A stretch of DNA of 64,000 nucleotides from an uncultured Methanosarcinales archaeon. Its GTDB lineage: Archaea; Nanobdellota; Nanobdellia; Woesearchaeales; GW2011-AR9. Below are positions 28,301 through 37,463 of the stretch, piece by piece. Numbering within the stretch: position 1 is the stretch's first letter; each line of letters starts with the position of its first letter. The DNA lies in the NCBI GenBank assembly GCA_964527395.1, contig CAZGQD010000003.1, positions 29,124 through 93,123 on the forward strand, given 5' to 3'. The notes beneath the pieces were generated by a model that had not been told where the DNA came from, made no database searches, and saw nothing but the letters and a program-made list of their open reading frames with translations. The position numbers and the translations under genes are program-made.

Positions 28301-29329
28301 ATGGAAAGAGTATTTTTGTTAGAAGAGCTTGTGTCTCAGAATAGTTTTCCTTCTTATAGAAGGTTGTATGAAGCTTTTGATCCTTTAGAAGTTAGAGCAG
28401 AGTTGCTTGGAACTAGAAGGGGTTTTGTGGATGTTGGGCTAAGTTTTGTTCTTGGTCAAGCCTTGAGAAGACGTATGCAAATAAGTGCTGAATTTGATGA
28501 GGAAAAAGGTGGTTTGAAGTATTTTATCTCTGGAGATGGGGTTTTTGTTAATGAGAGCAGTATCAATGGAGATAGGGCTCCTCTTAACTTTGGAGATGTG
28601 GTGGAATTTCCCAAGGCATCTGAAGTAAATGTAAGAAGAGTTTTTCATAATTCTGCAAGTATTGGTGAAATCTGGGAGAAGGAATTTGAGGGAGATGAAT
28701 TTAGAAAAGTAGGGAGTTGGATGGATTACAAAGGGGTTAGTGGAGGTAAATCTAACTATACAGGATGGAAAGTACATGTTGCATTTTCTAGAGATGAGAT
28801 GGACAAAAGGTATAACTTTTTTCAAGAGATTAAAGGGCAGTTAGGCTCTAATGGATTGAATCTGAGGTGTAAGGTACAAGGAGATTTGGCAGCTTCTAGT
28901 AACAAATTTATGGTATTTTATTTAGGTTTTCCTGGAAAAGAGTTGGAAATATTTCGAAGAACTTACCATGCATTTGGAGATGATGAATATTCGATGTTTG
29001 CTAAAAGAGTGGTATTGAATTCGTTTATGACGGCACTTTATGAAAAAGCTAGTTCTGTGGTTAAAGGTTTAGAAGAAGCGTTAGGAGCTTATCCAGTTTC
29101 ACGTGGAAGTAGCTTTGAGGGAAGTTTTGGACTAAGAGGAGTAAAGCAAATGCCGGGAACTTTAAGTCAATCTGGAAGATTATTTTATGGGTATGATCAT
29201 AATATGCCGATTTATAAAGTAGGGGCTAGCTATGTGAGTGCTGCTAGAAGAAGGCATAATATAATTAAGAACCCTGATTTGTTTTGTCCAAGTGAGTTTA
29301 GTTTAGAGCAAGATACTATTGATCTTTGA
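28301..29329 (+). CDS. hypothetical protein (possible FHA-like N-terminal region)
   Basis: FISGDGVFVNESSINGDRAPLNFGDVVEF loosely resembles the C-terminal FHA strands; the remainder is unassigned. Confidence 0.35.
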   Translation: MERVFLLEELVSQNSFPSYRRLYEAFDPLEVRAELLGTRRGFVDVGLSFVLGQALRRRMQISAEFDEEKGGLKYFISGDGVFVNESSINGDRAPLNFGDVVEFPKASEVNVRRVFHNSASIGEIWEKEFEGDEFRKVGSWMDYKGVSGGKSNYTGWKVHVAFSRDEMDKRYNFFQEIKGQLGSNGLNLRCKVQGDLAASSNKFMVFYLGFPGKELEIFRRTYHAFGDDEYSMFAKRVVLNSFMTALYEKASSVVKGLEEALGAYPVSRGSSFEGSFGLRGVKQMPGTLSQSGRLFYGYDHNMPIYKVGASYVSAARRRHNIIKNPDLFCPSEFSLEQDTIDL

Positions 29330-29385
29330 GATTGTTGTATTGTTTTGGCTAAATGTTTATATTGTATTGGGTTTATTTTTAGTTT

Positions 29386-30387
29386 GTGGTAATTATTAAT
29401 GATAAAGTCTATGGTGAAGTAGAGATTACTGAGCCTGTGCTGCTGGAACTTATGTCAAGTGCGCCTTTGATTCGATTAAAAGGAATAGATCAAAATGGAG
29501 TGCCTGGCTTTGATTTGCCCGGTGGGAAGACAAGTCGCTTTGAACATTGTGTTGGGGTGATGATATTGCTTGGACAGTTAGGAGCCTCAGTGGAAGAGCA
29601 GATAGCTGGGCTGTTACATGATGTGCCGCACACTGCTTTTTCGCATGCAATTGATTGGGTTTTTGATGATTCTGAAGGGCAGGAGTTTCATGAGAAATTT
29701 TTTGAGAAGATAATTTTGGGTTCTGAAATCCCTTTGATACTTGAGAAGCATGGTTTTTTAGTAGATTCTGTTTTGGATTATAGCAAATTTGGACTTCTTG
29801 AACGTGATTCGCCTGATTTGTGTGGAGATAGAGTTGATTATACCTTTCGTGATAGTTTGACTTGGTTTGGTGAGAGAGGAAAAGAAGTGTTACTTGCTTT
29901 GCCAAGTTTGGTGAATTTTGAAGGAGAGATGGTGTTCAATGATTCTGAGGCTGCTTTGTTATTTGCTCGAAAATATTTGGCATTAGATAGGGAGTTTTGG
30001 GCAGGGCCTAGGTATATGAGTGGGTTTCATTATTTGGCTTTAGCTGTGAAAAGAGCGCTTGAGATCAAATTGATTGATTTTGATGATTTGTTTTTAACAG
30101 ATATGGATGTTTATACCAAGTTATGTGGGAGTTCGGATTTAGAGATAAAGGATAATTTGAAAATGCTTGAATTTTGTAAAGATGCTAAAGTGGTTTCTGA
30201 GAAAACTGATATTGTTTATAAATCAAAAGTGCGGTTTGTTGATCCTAAAGTGTTAATTGATGGGGTTTTGCTGCCTGTTTCTTCTTTGTTTCTAGAGTTT
30301 GAAAAGGAGTTAGAGGAGCATAAGAAACGGTTTTCTAAAGAGTTGTTTATAAAGGTGGAAGAGGAATATGGGATTAGTAAAGATTAA
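29386..30387 (+). CDS. HD-domain metal-dependent phosphohydrolase
   Basis: SRFEHCVGV ... LLHDVPHTAFSH: H...HD...H...D metal-ligand pattern of the HD superfamily. Confidence 0.65.
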   Translation: MVIINDKVYGEVEITEPVLLELMSSAPLIRLKGIDQNGVPGFDLPGGKTSRFEHCVGVMILLGQLGASVEEQIAGLLHDVPHTAFSHAIDWVFDDSEGQEFHEKFFEKIILGSEIPLILEKHGFLVDSVLDYSKFGLLERDSPDLCGDRVDYTFRDSLTWFGERGKEVLLALPSLVNFEGEMVFNDSEAALLFARKYLALDREFWAGPRYMSGFHYLALAVKRALEIKLIDFDDLFLTDMDVYTKLCGSSDLEIKDNLKMLEFCKDAKVVSEKTDIVYKSKVRFVDPKVLIDGVLLPVSSLFLEFEKELEEHKKRFSKELFIKVEEEYGISKD

Positions 30388-30412
30388 ATAGTTTTATGAC
30401 TAGTTTTATTTT

Positions 30413-31534
30413 ATGAAATTTGTAAAAATTGTATTTATATTGGTTTTATTTGTTTGTTCTTTGTTTGTTGTTTCTTGTAGTGTTGAAAATTCTGAGGGTT
30501 CTCAAGCAGATCCAGGAAAGTTTAATGGTGGAGGGGATTTTGGTGGAGAAGGCAAGACTTATGAGAAATTGATTATGTTTGCATCAATGTCAGAGGGGTC
30601 AATTTATTTTATTGATTATTTAGGAAATGAAGTTGAGAAAATTGATTTAGGTTTTGAGAAAACTTTTGCAAAAATGCAAGGTGAAAGGTTATTTGTTAGA
30701 GCAAATGCGAATTCTAGACCATTGAATGATGTGTCTGGAGCTAAGATAGTTGAAATTGGAAGTTCAGGGGAAGAGGTTTGGGAATATCAAAATAGTTTGT
30801 TTCACCATGATTTTGTCTTGCTTCCAAATGGAAATATTGTTGCTATAGTTTGGGAAGAGATGTCCTCTGAAGCTAAGGAAAGGCTGCCTTTTGATGCACC
30901 TAGTAAATATTATGTTGATTCTTTGTTAGAAATAGATTATGATAGTCTTGAAGTAGTATGGGAATGGCATGCGCAAGATAAAATGGAGTTAGAAAAATAT
31001 GATCTTAATTCTTTTTCAATTACTGATGAGTTTTTACATCTTAATGCGATAGAATATTTGCCTGAAGGGAATAGTTTAATCTCTGAGGAAGGGTTTTTAC
31101 TTAGTTCACGGACACTTAATTTAGTTTTTGCAGTTAGCAAAAGTAGTGGTGAAGTTATTTGGGAAAGTGGAAGAGAGATATTTAAGTCTCAACATAACCC
31201 TACATTGCTTTCAAATGGAAATATTTTAGTTTTTGATAACCTTGGTGGTGAGGGAAGGACTAGTAGAGTGATTGAATTAGACCCAGGGACTTATGAAATT
31301 GAGTGGGAGTATGCACTTAGTGAAGTAGCAGAGAAGATTAGTGGTGCCCAGAGATTGGAAAATGGGAATACTTTAGTAACAAATGGACCAAATGGGATTT
31401 TGGTTGAAGTAGATGCTTTAGGAGAAGAGGTTTTTTCTTATGAAAGCCCATATTTTAGTGAAAATGGTAGAAATGAGCTGTTTCGGGCCTATTCTTATGC
31501 ATATGATGAGCTAAAATGGCTTTTAGAAGGGTAA
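30413..31534 (+). CDS. secreted lipoprotein, beta-propeller-like (arylsulfotransferase/PQQ-like repeat pattern)
   Basis: Signal peptide ending VVSCS; recurring ...LLPNGNIV..., ...LLSNGNILVFDN..., ...ENGNTLVTNG... blades. Confidence 0.4.
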   Translation: MKFVKIVFILVLFVCSLFVVSCSVENSEGSQADPGKFNGGGDFGGEGKTYEKLIMFASMSEGSIYFIDYLGNEVEKIDLGFEKTFAKMQGERLFVRANANSRPLNDVSGAKIVEIGSSGEEVWEYQNSLFHHDFVLLPNGNIVAIVWEEMSSEAKERLPFDAPSKYYVDSLLEIDYDSLEVVWEWHAQDKMELEKYDLNSFSITDEFLHLNAIEYLPEGNSLISEEGFLLSSRTLNLVFAVSKSSGEVIWESGREIFKSQHNPTLLSNGNILVFDNLGGEGRTSRVIELDPGTYEIEWEYALSEVAEKISGAQRLENGNTLVTNGPNGILVEVDALGEEVFSYESPYFSENGRNELFRAYSYAYDELKWLLEG

Positions 31535-31618
31535 TCTTATGAAAATAACTTGTATTTTCAATACTTGCTCTTATGTATCGCAAGCTTTTTAATAAGAACG
31601 TGTTTGTTCTTGTTTTGT

Positions 31619-31761
31619 GGACCTGTAGCCTAGTCTGGATATGGTTAAAATTGGTTTTTTGCTGATTTTTTCTTAGGATTCATATGGCACCAGCCTTCTA
31701 GTTAGCATGAATTTGCTGATAAGACAGCTGGGGGTCGAGGGTTCGAATCCCTCCAGGTCCG
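31619..31761 (+). tRNA. tRNA-Arg(TCT) candidate with two introns, one in the D-loop region and one at 37/38 in the anticodon loop
   Basis: Acceptor ggacctg/caggtcc, U8-A9, T-arm gaggg-TTCGAAT-ccctc, anticodon stem ccagc/gctgg with loop ct-TCT-a interrupted by a ~25-nt insert, and a ~42-nt insert between the D-loop and the D-stem 3' strand. Confidence 0.5.
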
Positions 31762-31801
31762 CTCCTAACTTTTTTATAGTTGGGAAATTGAAGATAATTG
31801 T

Positions 31802-31934
31802 GCGTCCGTGGCTAAGCGGCTAAAGTTAGCGTCTTTTTGGCGTTATTAGCATGCGGTCCCCTGCAGAGGGACAGATCGTGGGAAGTATATAGAAAAATTC
31901 TGTGTACTCACGAATTCGAGTCCCACCGGGCGCT
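31802..31934 (+). tRNA. tRNA-Cys(GCA) candidate with two non-canonical introns, one near position 25/26 and one in the T-arm
   Basis: Acceptor gcgtccg/cgggcgc (one G-U), D-arm gcta-agcggctaaagt-tagc, anticodon arm gtccc-ctGCAga-gggac, and T-stem gtggg/cccac with a ~32-nt insert before the TTCGAGT loop. Confidence 0.45.
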
Positions 31935-31965
31935 CTCTTATCTTTTTCTATTAGAAGGTTTTTTT

Positions 31966-32289
31966 ATGGGAAATTTGGTATCAATCTTGAAAAGTTCTGG
32001 GAAATTCTTTTTAGGTGGAGCAGTGGCAGTGCCTAGCATTCTAGGAGCGTTATTAGGACCAATTTATACTCTTGATTATATGAAAGATCAGCATTGCGGA
32101 GAGTATGAAAATGCTGATGATTTTGCCAATGGAGATTTTTTTTGTATTCAGGATAATGCTAGTTTAGTAGCTGGGTATAGGGGTGACTTTTTGACAATTT
32201 CATATCTGTCTAAACCTGTTTCTGGTTTTGATTTTTCTGTGAAATATAGTGACAAATGGGGCTATGGTGACTTAGTTTCTAGTTTGTAG
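31966..32289 (+). CDS. hypothetical small protein
   Basis: Start trimmed to MGNLVSIL, because the listed upstream extension overlaps the tRNA-Cys candidate. Confidence 0.3.
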   Translation: MGNLVSILKSSGKFFLGGAVAVPSILGALLGPIYTLDYMKDQHCGEYENADDFANGDFFCIQDNASLVAGYRGDFLTISYLSKPVSGFDFSVKYSDKWGYGDLVSSL

Positions 32290-32320
32290 ATTTATATTAA
32301 GCATAATTTTATAACATACT

Positions 32321-33445
32321 TTGATTCTAAAAGAGACTATGAAAGGAGCAGTATCATCAGTGGACTTGTATGCATTGGTTCATGAAATGCAGTTTTTAGT
32401 AGGATCTAAGCTGCAAAAGGTATATCATCCATCGCGTGAGCTGTTTTTCTTTGAATTTCATTGTCCTGGAAAAGGTAAGCAGATACTTCGAGTGATTCCT
32501 GGGAAGCTGGTTAATTTAGGTTCTGAGAAGCAATCTGTAGTAAAACCAAGCGGGCTTAGTATGTATTTACGAAAATATTTGACTGGTGGTCGACTGGTTA
32601 AAATTTGGCAGAAAGGAACTGAAAGAATATTAGTACTTGATTTTGAAGTTAAGAATGCTGATGAGATTAAAGTATTTCATGTAATTATTGAATTGTTCTC
32701 TAAAGGAAATCTGATCTTTTGTTCAAGTGATTGGATAGTTATGAATCTGCTTGGTAGACAGTTGCGAGAAACTGGAGCAGTTACACATAAGAAAAAATAT
32801 GAGTTTCCACCGGAAAAATTGGATTGGGCGAAACTTGTGTTTAAGGATTTTAAAGAAATATTATTGACTAGTGATAGGAAGAATCTTGCTACAACAATTG
32901 CAGTTGAAATTGGTGTTGGGGGATTATATGCAGAGGAAATATGTGCACGTGCTGAGGTAGATGGAAAAATATTATCTGCTACATTGACTGTTGCTAAAAT
33001 TAAGAAAATATTTTCTGAGTTTGAGAAATTGTTGAAGTCACTGAAATCTGCTAAAGGATATAAATATGGCAAAGAAGTTGTTCCAGTGAAGTTGGTTCAA
33101 GAGAAATATGGAGAACTTGAAACTTCTTTTGAATATTTTTATTTGGCACTAGTATCTGTTAATCCTTTAGTTAAGGAAAGTCCTTATGAGAAAAAGATTG
33201 CTAATGTTTTGCGAATTATTGAAAGACAGGAAAAAGCTGTAGATGATATTGAAGAAGGGATATCTAAGGCAACAGCTAAGGGCGAGAAAATATATTCAGA
33301 ATATTCTAAAATATCTAAGTTAATTGAGCATTGTAATGTAGTTGCTTCAGATAAGGGATGGGCTGAGCTATCTAAGGAGTTAAAAGGACTTAAGTCAATA
33401 AAACAAGTTGATTTGAAGAAGAAAATATTGACAGTTGAATTGTGA
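32321..33445 (+). CDS. NFACT-family RNA-binding protein (archaeal Rqc2/NEMF/FbpA homolog)
   Basis: N-terminal NFACT-N pattern (DLYALVHEMQFLVGSKLQKVY ... LFFFEF), a helical middle region and a coiled-coil tail. Confidence 0.65.
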   Translation: MILKETMKGAVSSVDLYALVHEMQFLVGSKLQKVYHPSRELFFFEFHCPGKGKQILRVIPGKLVNLGSEKQSVVKPSGLSMYLRKYLTGGRLVKIWQKGTERILVLDFEVKNADEIKVFHVIIELFSKGNLIFCSSDWIVMNLLGRQLRETGAVTHKKKYEFPPEKLDWAKLVFKDFKEILLTSDRKNLATTIAVEIGVGGLYAEEICARAEVDGKILSATLTVAKIKKIFSEFEKLLKSLKSAKGYKYGKEVVPVKLVQEKYGELETSFEYFYLALVSVNPLVKESPYEKKIANVLRIIERQEKAVDDIEEGISKATAKGEKIYSEYSKISKLIEHCNVVASDKGWAELSKELKGLKSIKQVDLKKKILTVEL

Positions 33446-33571
33446 TGTGAGAAATATTTTTTTGTTTTTTTAGTGATTAGATATATTCTTTAGAGGTTTG
33501 GGAAGAAATATTTTAGGATTATTGCTAGTAAAAAAAGAAGTACACCTCCAATTATAACATCTCTAATATCT

Positions 33572-33937
33572 TTAAGTAGTTTTTTCTTGTCCATTTTCTG
33601 TTTTTTTGTTATTTTTAGTATTAATAAATTGTTCGATTATTTCTTTTTTTGAGGTTTCGATTTGTTCTAATAGATGCCAGTATGAAGCAATGCCTATTGA
33701 AAAAGAGATAGTGAAAATCCAAATGTACCAGTTGAAAGTAAGGCCAGTTGTGCTAAATAAACCAAAAAATATAGCAAGGACAGCTAGACTTTTCCAAACT
33801 TTTTCTAATAATGATCTTATTTTCATAATATTTTTTATTTTTGAAGAGTAGTTTATAACGATTTGTTGTTTGTAGAGGTTGAAGTGAATATACATTTGCT
33901 TTTGGGTAAATGCTAGTATATTTTGGTATATACTCAT
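33572..33937 (-). CDS. hypothetical membrane protein
   Basis: Two hydrophobic helices. Confidence 0.35.
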   Translation of the reverse strand: MSIYQNILAFTQKQMYIHFNLYKQQIVINYSSKIKNIMKIRSLLEKVWKSLAVLAIFFGLFSTTGLTFNWYIWIFTISFSIGIASYWHLLEQIETSKKEIIEQFINTKNNKKTENGQEKTT

Positions 33938-34016
33938 CCGTAACTATTTTCTATAACTTGGTTACGGATTCGAGACACAGTTCCGTAAGAAAAGTTCCAC
34001 TTTCTACTTACGGACC
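33926..34016. promoter_or_regulatory. conserved ~65-nt element (copy 2) with alternative TCCGTAA/TTACGGA hairpins
   Basis: Near-identical to 11765-11852; the second hairpin here is tccgtaag...cttacgga. Confidence 0.45.
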
Positions 34017-34070
34017 AGTATATATGTACTGGAAAGTTTTATTAAGGCAAATGTAATATACTTTTTTTAG

Positions 34071-34556
34071 ATGGGTGGAAAAAGAAAAAAGCAGCTTAAA
34101 TTGGTAAAGTTGCAATTAGTGCTTAGTGTCTTTTGTATGTTTTTAGCAGTTTTTGGTACCTGGTTTATTATGGAAAGAGTAATACTCGATAAGGACAATG
34201 TAAATTCAATAGATTATATAGAGTATAATGGAGTAATGGGTTTGCAAAATCAAGCAGTTTATCATGTGACTGATTTGTGGGCTGAATATGAAGAAGTAAA
34301 TTTTGAGAGATATTTACAGTCAATAGGGATGTCAGAAGAAGAGTATTCTTTTTTGGATGAAAAAGACAGGGATGAAATAAGTGAAGGATATTATAGTCAA
34401 AGTGATAGTTTTCATAATGTTCTTTTAGATGTGAATGAGATCAGTTTTATTTCTTCTTTAGCAAAACTAATGATTTTTTCACTAGGAGTTGTGTTTTTTA
34501 TGATATCTTTATTGTTTAGTTTACAAGGGTATATCAAATACGAAGAAGTAAAATAA
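34071..34556 (+). CDS. hypothetical membrane protein (N- and C-terminal TM helices)
   Basis: Hydrophobic segments at both ends and an acidic middle. Confidence 0.35.
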   Translation: MGGKRKKQLKLVKLQLVLSVFCMFLAVFGTWFIMERVILDKDNVNSIDYIEYNGVMGLQNQAVYHVTDLWAEYEEVNFERYLQSIGMSEEEYSFLDEKDRDEISEGYYSQSDSFHNVLLDVNEISFISSLAKLMIFSLGVVFFMISLLFSLQGYIKYEEVK

Positions 34557-34680
34557 AGACAAATCTACTTTGTATATTCTTGGAAACATAGTTTCCAGAC
34601 GCTGAATTTAATTCAGCATGTTGTAGAGGTTGTTTTTGAGTTGGGCAATGTTTTTAAGTAAAATTCTTTGATAATTTGTT

Positions 34681-35895
34681 ATGACACGTTGGGGAAAAGG
34701 TGGTGTATTGGTTTCTCAAATGATTAGGGGAATGATAGATGCAGGTAGGATTAGTTCTGATCTTGATCTTCATCCTCATGTACAACCCTCAAGTATAGAT
34801 TTTCCAGTAGGAGATATAGCTTGGGAAATGAGAGGAGTAGTACTTCCTAGAAAAGGTGAGAAGATAATTGATTTGGTGGAAAAGTTTAAAGTTCCATTTG
34901 TGAAACCGCTTGATTTAGGTAGCGGAGCTATTTTGGAAAAAGGTAGAACATATCTTGTTCGTAGTGCAGTTAAGGTAAAGTTAGACAAAGGTGTTTTGGC
35001 TGAAGCTAGTCCGAAAAGTAGTATTGGAAGAGTTGATTTACATACTCGGGTGGTGTGTGATGGAAGCTGTAAATTTGATACTATTGAAGATGGATATGAA
35101 GGATATATCTATTTGTATGTTGTGTCCAATTCTTTTAGAATACATTTAGAAAAAGGTATACCTTTAACTCAAGTATTGTTTAGAGTAGGTAATCCAGTAC
35201 TTGATCCAATCGAAACTAAGATGGCTTCTGAAGTGCATGGGTTTTTTAGATCAAATTCAGGTGAAGCTTTAACGGCTAGAGTTGATCATCAAGTTCCTGG
35301 AGCGCTTATGACAGTAGATTTGACTGGCCATAATATTGTAGGATATTTTGCAAAAGATACACATACTCCATTATTTTTAAATCGGCGAGATAACCCAGTT
35401 TCTGAGTTTTGGGAAGAAATACCTAAGCCTTCTGATGGGGCTTTGCATATGCCGCAAGGTAAGTTTGGGATATTTGTAACAAAAGAGCATGTTGCGTTTC
35501 CACCATTTGTAAGAAGTTCATCTAACAAGGCAGTAATGGAACCAGGGTATAGTGGAGTTATGATGATTTATGATCCAACAGCAGGAGAGTTTAGAGCGCA
35601 TTATGCAGGGTTTTTTGATCCAGGATGGGGTTGTAACTTTAAAAAGTCGGAAGTTGATGGGAAAACAGTGTTTACTCGTATGAAAGGTAGAGTTTGGGGT
35701 GCTGGGGTACTTGAGATACGTAGTTTTGAGAAAGATAGAATCATACGTGATGGAGATCCGATATGTAGAATTGTGTATGAAAGGTTAATGGATGTTCCTG
35801 ACTTTTTGTATGGAGCAGAAGGATCTGGGTCGAATTATGGGATGCAAACTGGGCCACGGCTTGCTAAGTTTTTTGTTAGTAAAATAAATAAATAA
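34681..35895 (+). CDS. long-form dCTP deaminase/dUTPase-superfamily protein (PF06559-like)
   Basis: 404 aa with Gly-rich dUTPase-type motifs MEPGYSGVMMI and FFDPGWGCNF. Confidence 0.5.
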   Translation: MTRWGKGGVLVSQMIRGMIDAGRISSDLDLHPHVQPSSIDFPVGDIAWEMRGVVLPRKGEKIIDLVEKFKVPFVKPLDLGSGAILEKGRTYLVRSAVKVKLDKGVLAEASPKSSIGRVDLHTRVVCDGSCKFDTIEDGYEGYIYLYVVSNSFRIHLEKGIPLTQVLFRVGNPVLDPIETKMASEVHGFFRSNSGEALTARVDHQVPGALMTVDLTGHNIVGYFAKDTHTPLFLNRRDNPVSEFWEEIPKPSDGALHMPQGKFGIFVTKEHVAFPPFVRSSSNKAVMEPGYSGVMMIYDPTAGEFRAHYAGFFDPGWGCNFKKSEVDGKTVFTRMKGRVWGAGVLEIRSFEKDRIIRDGDPICRIVYERLMDVPDFLYGAEGSGSNYGMQTGPRLAKFFVSKINK

Positions 35896-35943
35896 AATTT
35901 TTAAACAGTAGATTTTTAAATGAGGTTTTAAAATGTTTAGATT

Positions 35944-36543
35944 ATGGTAATTAAACTAATAATATCTGATATAGCAGGAGTGTTTCTTTCTAATGCTGAT
36001 CTCTCTTTGCTTAAATATTTGGCTGAAGCTAAAGGCTGTTCTGTTTTGGATGTTGAAAAGAAAATTTTACCTTGGATATATAAGTCTGAGAAAGGGGAAA
36101 TTAGCGAGATTGAGTTTATAGAAGGATTTTTATTGGATCTTGGTTTGGAGTTGAGTGCAGTTGAAATTCAGAAAAAGAGGCATAGTTTAACAGTTGAACT
36201 TGAAGGGATACGTGATTTTATAGTTAAATTGAAGCAGAAATATAAAGTTGCGTTTGTGACAAATAGTAATCAGTTTGAATTTGAGCATAATAATAATGAA
36301 TTTGGTTTGTTGGAATTATTTGATTATGGAGTTTCTTCACATCAAATAGGAGCTAGGAAAACTGAGAAAAAGATATTTGAGACAGTTTTAGAGCATTTTG
36401 GTTTTGATTTTAGTGAAGTAGTGTTTTTTGATGATTCTAAGAAGAATTTAGTGGCTGCTAAGGATCTTGGGATAAATGTGATTCATTATCAGTCAGTTTT
36501 GCAGTTGCGAAAAGAGTTGGATTTGTTAGGAGTAGAGTTTTAA
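35944..36543 (+). CDS. HAD-superfamily hydrolase
   Basis: N-terminal IISDIAGV (DxxxG/V motif I) and C-terminal VVFFDDSKKNLVAAKDLGI (motif IV). Confidence 0.55.
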   Translation: MVIKLIISDIAGVFLSNADLSLLKYLAEAKGCSVLDVEKKILPWIYKSEKGEISEIEFIEGFLLDLGLELSAVEIQKKRHSLTVELEGIRDFIVKLKQKYKVAFVTNSNQFEFEHNNNEFGLLELFDYGVSSHQIGARKTEKKIFETVLEHFGFDFSEVVFFDDSKKNLVAAKDLGINVIHYQSVLQLRKELDLLGVEF

Positions 36544-36654
36544 ATGCTTTATAACTTTGTTTTATAGAAATGATAGGTTAGTTCGTCACTAGTCCAAAGA
36601 TGTCCATTGTCCCAAGTAATATCCTCAGGTCCCCATGATGGAGAAGAATATTGT

Positions 36655-37317
36655 TTAATTTTGAATAGGGCTGCATTTTGTGATAAGACTCATTGAATCA
36701 AATCTGCGTTTTTTGGAAGTAAATTGAGAGAAGAAATTGTTGTATTGGTGATCTGTTATTTTTAGGTTTTCATTTCTGAGTAATTTGTTTAAATATAAAT
36801 AATTTATTCTTACTAGGTGAGGGTTTTCAAATTTTAGTTTAAAAATATTATCAATGTATTGAGGGATTGTGCAATCTCCTCTTATACGTTCTTGTGGTAC
36901 AGTAATTATTAGGTTCCCGTTTTTTTTAAGGATCTTTTTTATTTGTTTTAGGAAAATTTTTCTTTTTTTGATGTGTTCGAGAACATGTGAGATAATAATT
37001 AGATCAAATTTTTCTTTACTGAAAAAATCTTTATTAATTTTGAAATATTTAAAATCGCTATATGTTTTTTTTGCGTGGTTTAGAGCGTGTTCGTTGATGT
37101 CAGCTCCACATATTTCGAATTTTTTTTTAGGAAGTTTTTTTTTAATGAAATGTGGAAGGAATCCATCGTTACACCCATAATCAAGAATTCTAATGTTGTC
37201 GTAATCACTTAATATTTTTAAGAGGTAGTTTAATTCATTTTTTTTGAATGGCATATTGTCTCTAGCAAAAGAAGTGATTTTTCTGTTAAGAACAGAATAT
37301 GATTGGTCATATATCAT
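36655..37317 (-). CDS. class I SAM-dependent methyltransferase
   Basis: Motif I RILDYGCNDGF and motif post-II FDLIIISHVLEH. Confidence 0.7.
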   Translation of the reverse strand: MIYDQSYSVLNRKITSFARDNMPFKKNELNYLLKILSDYDNIRILDYGCNDGFLPHFIKKKLPKKKFEICGADINEHALNHAKKTYSDFKYFKINKDFFSKEKFDLIIISHVLEHIKKRKIFLKQIKKILKKNGNLIITVPQERIRGDCTIPQYIDNIFKLKFENPHLVRINYLYLNKLLRNENLKITDHQYNNFFSQFTSKKRRFDSMSLITKCSPIQN

Positions 37318-37463
37318 TTAAATTTGTCACCGTCCCAATATATTATGAAGATTTTATTTTTTTATTTGAATCTCTTTATAAATATAACTGAAGTAGAAAA
37401 CATAGGATTAATTATGGATCTTATTGGTTTGTTTATGATTTAAAACAGTAGGTTTTTAAGTAA

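Noticed and set aside
31837-31965. Listed ORF start region overlapping the tRNA-Cys candidate, and ORFs 45469-45717 and 45990-46175 over the RNase P RNA candidate
   Set aside because: They overlap structured RNA genes and have no protein motifs. Considered spurious.
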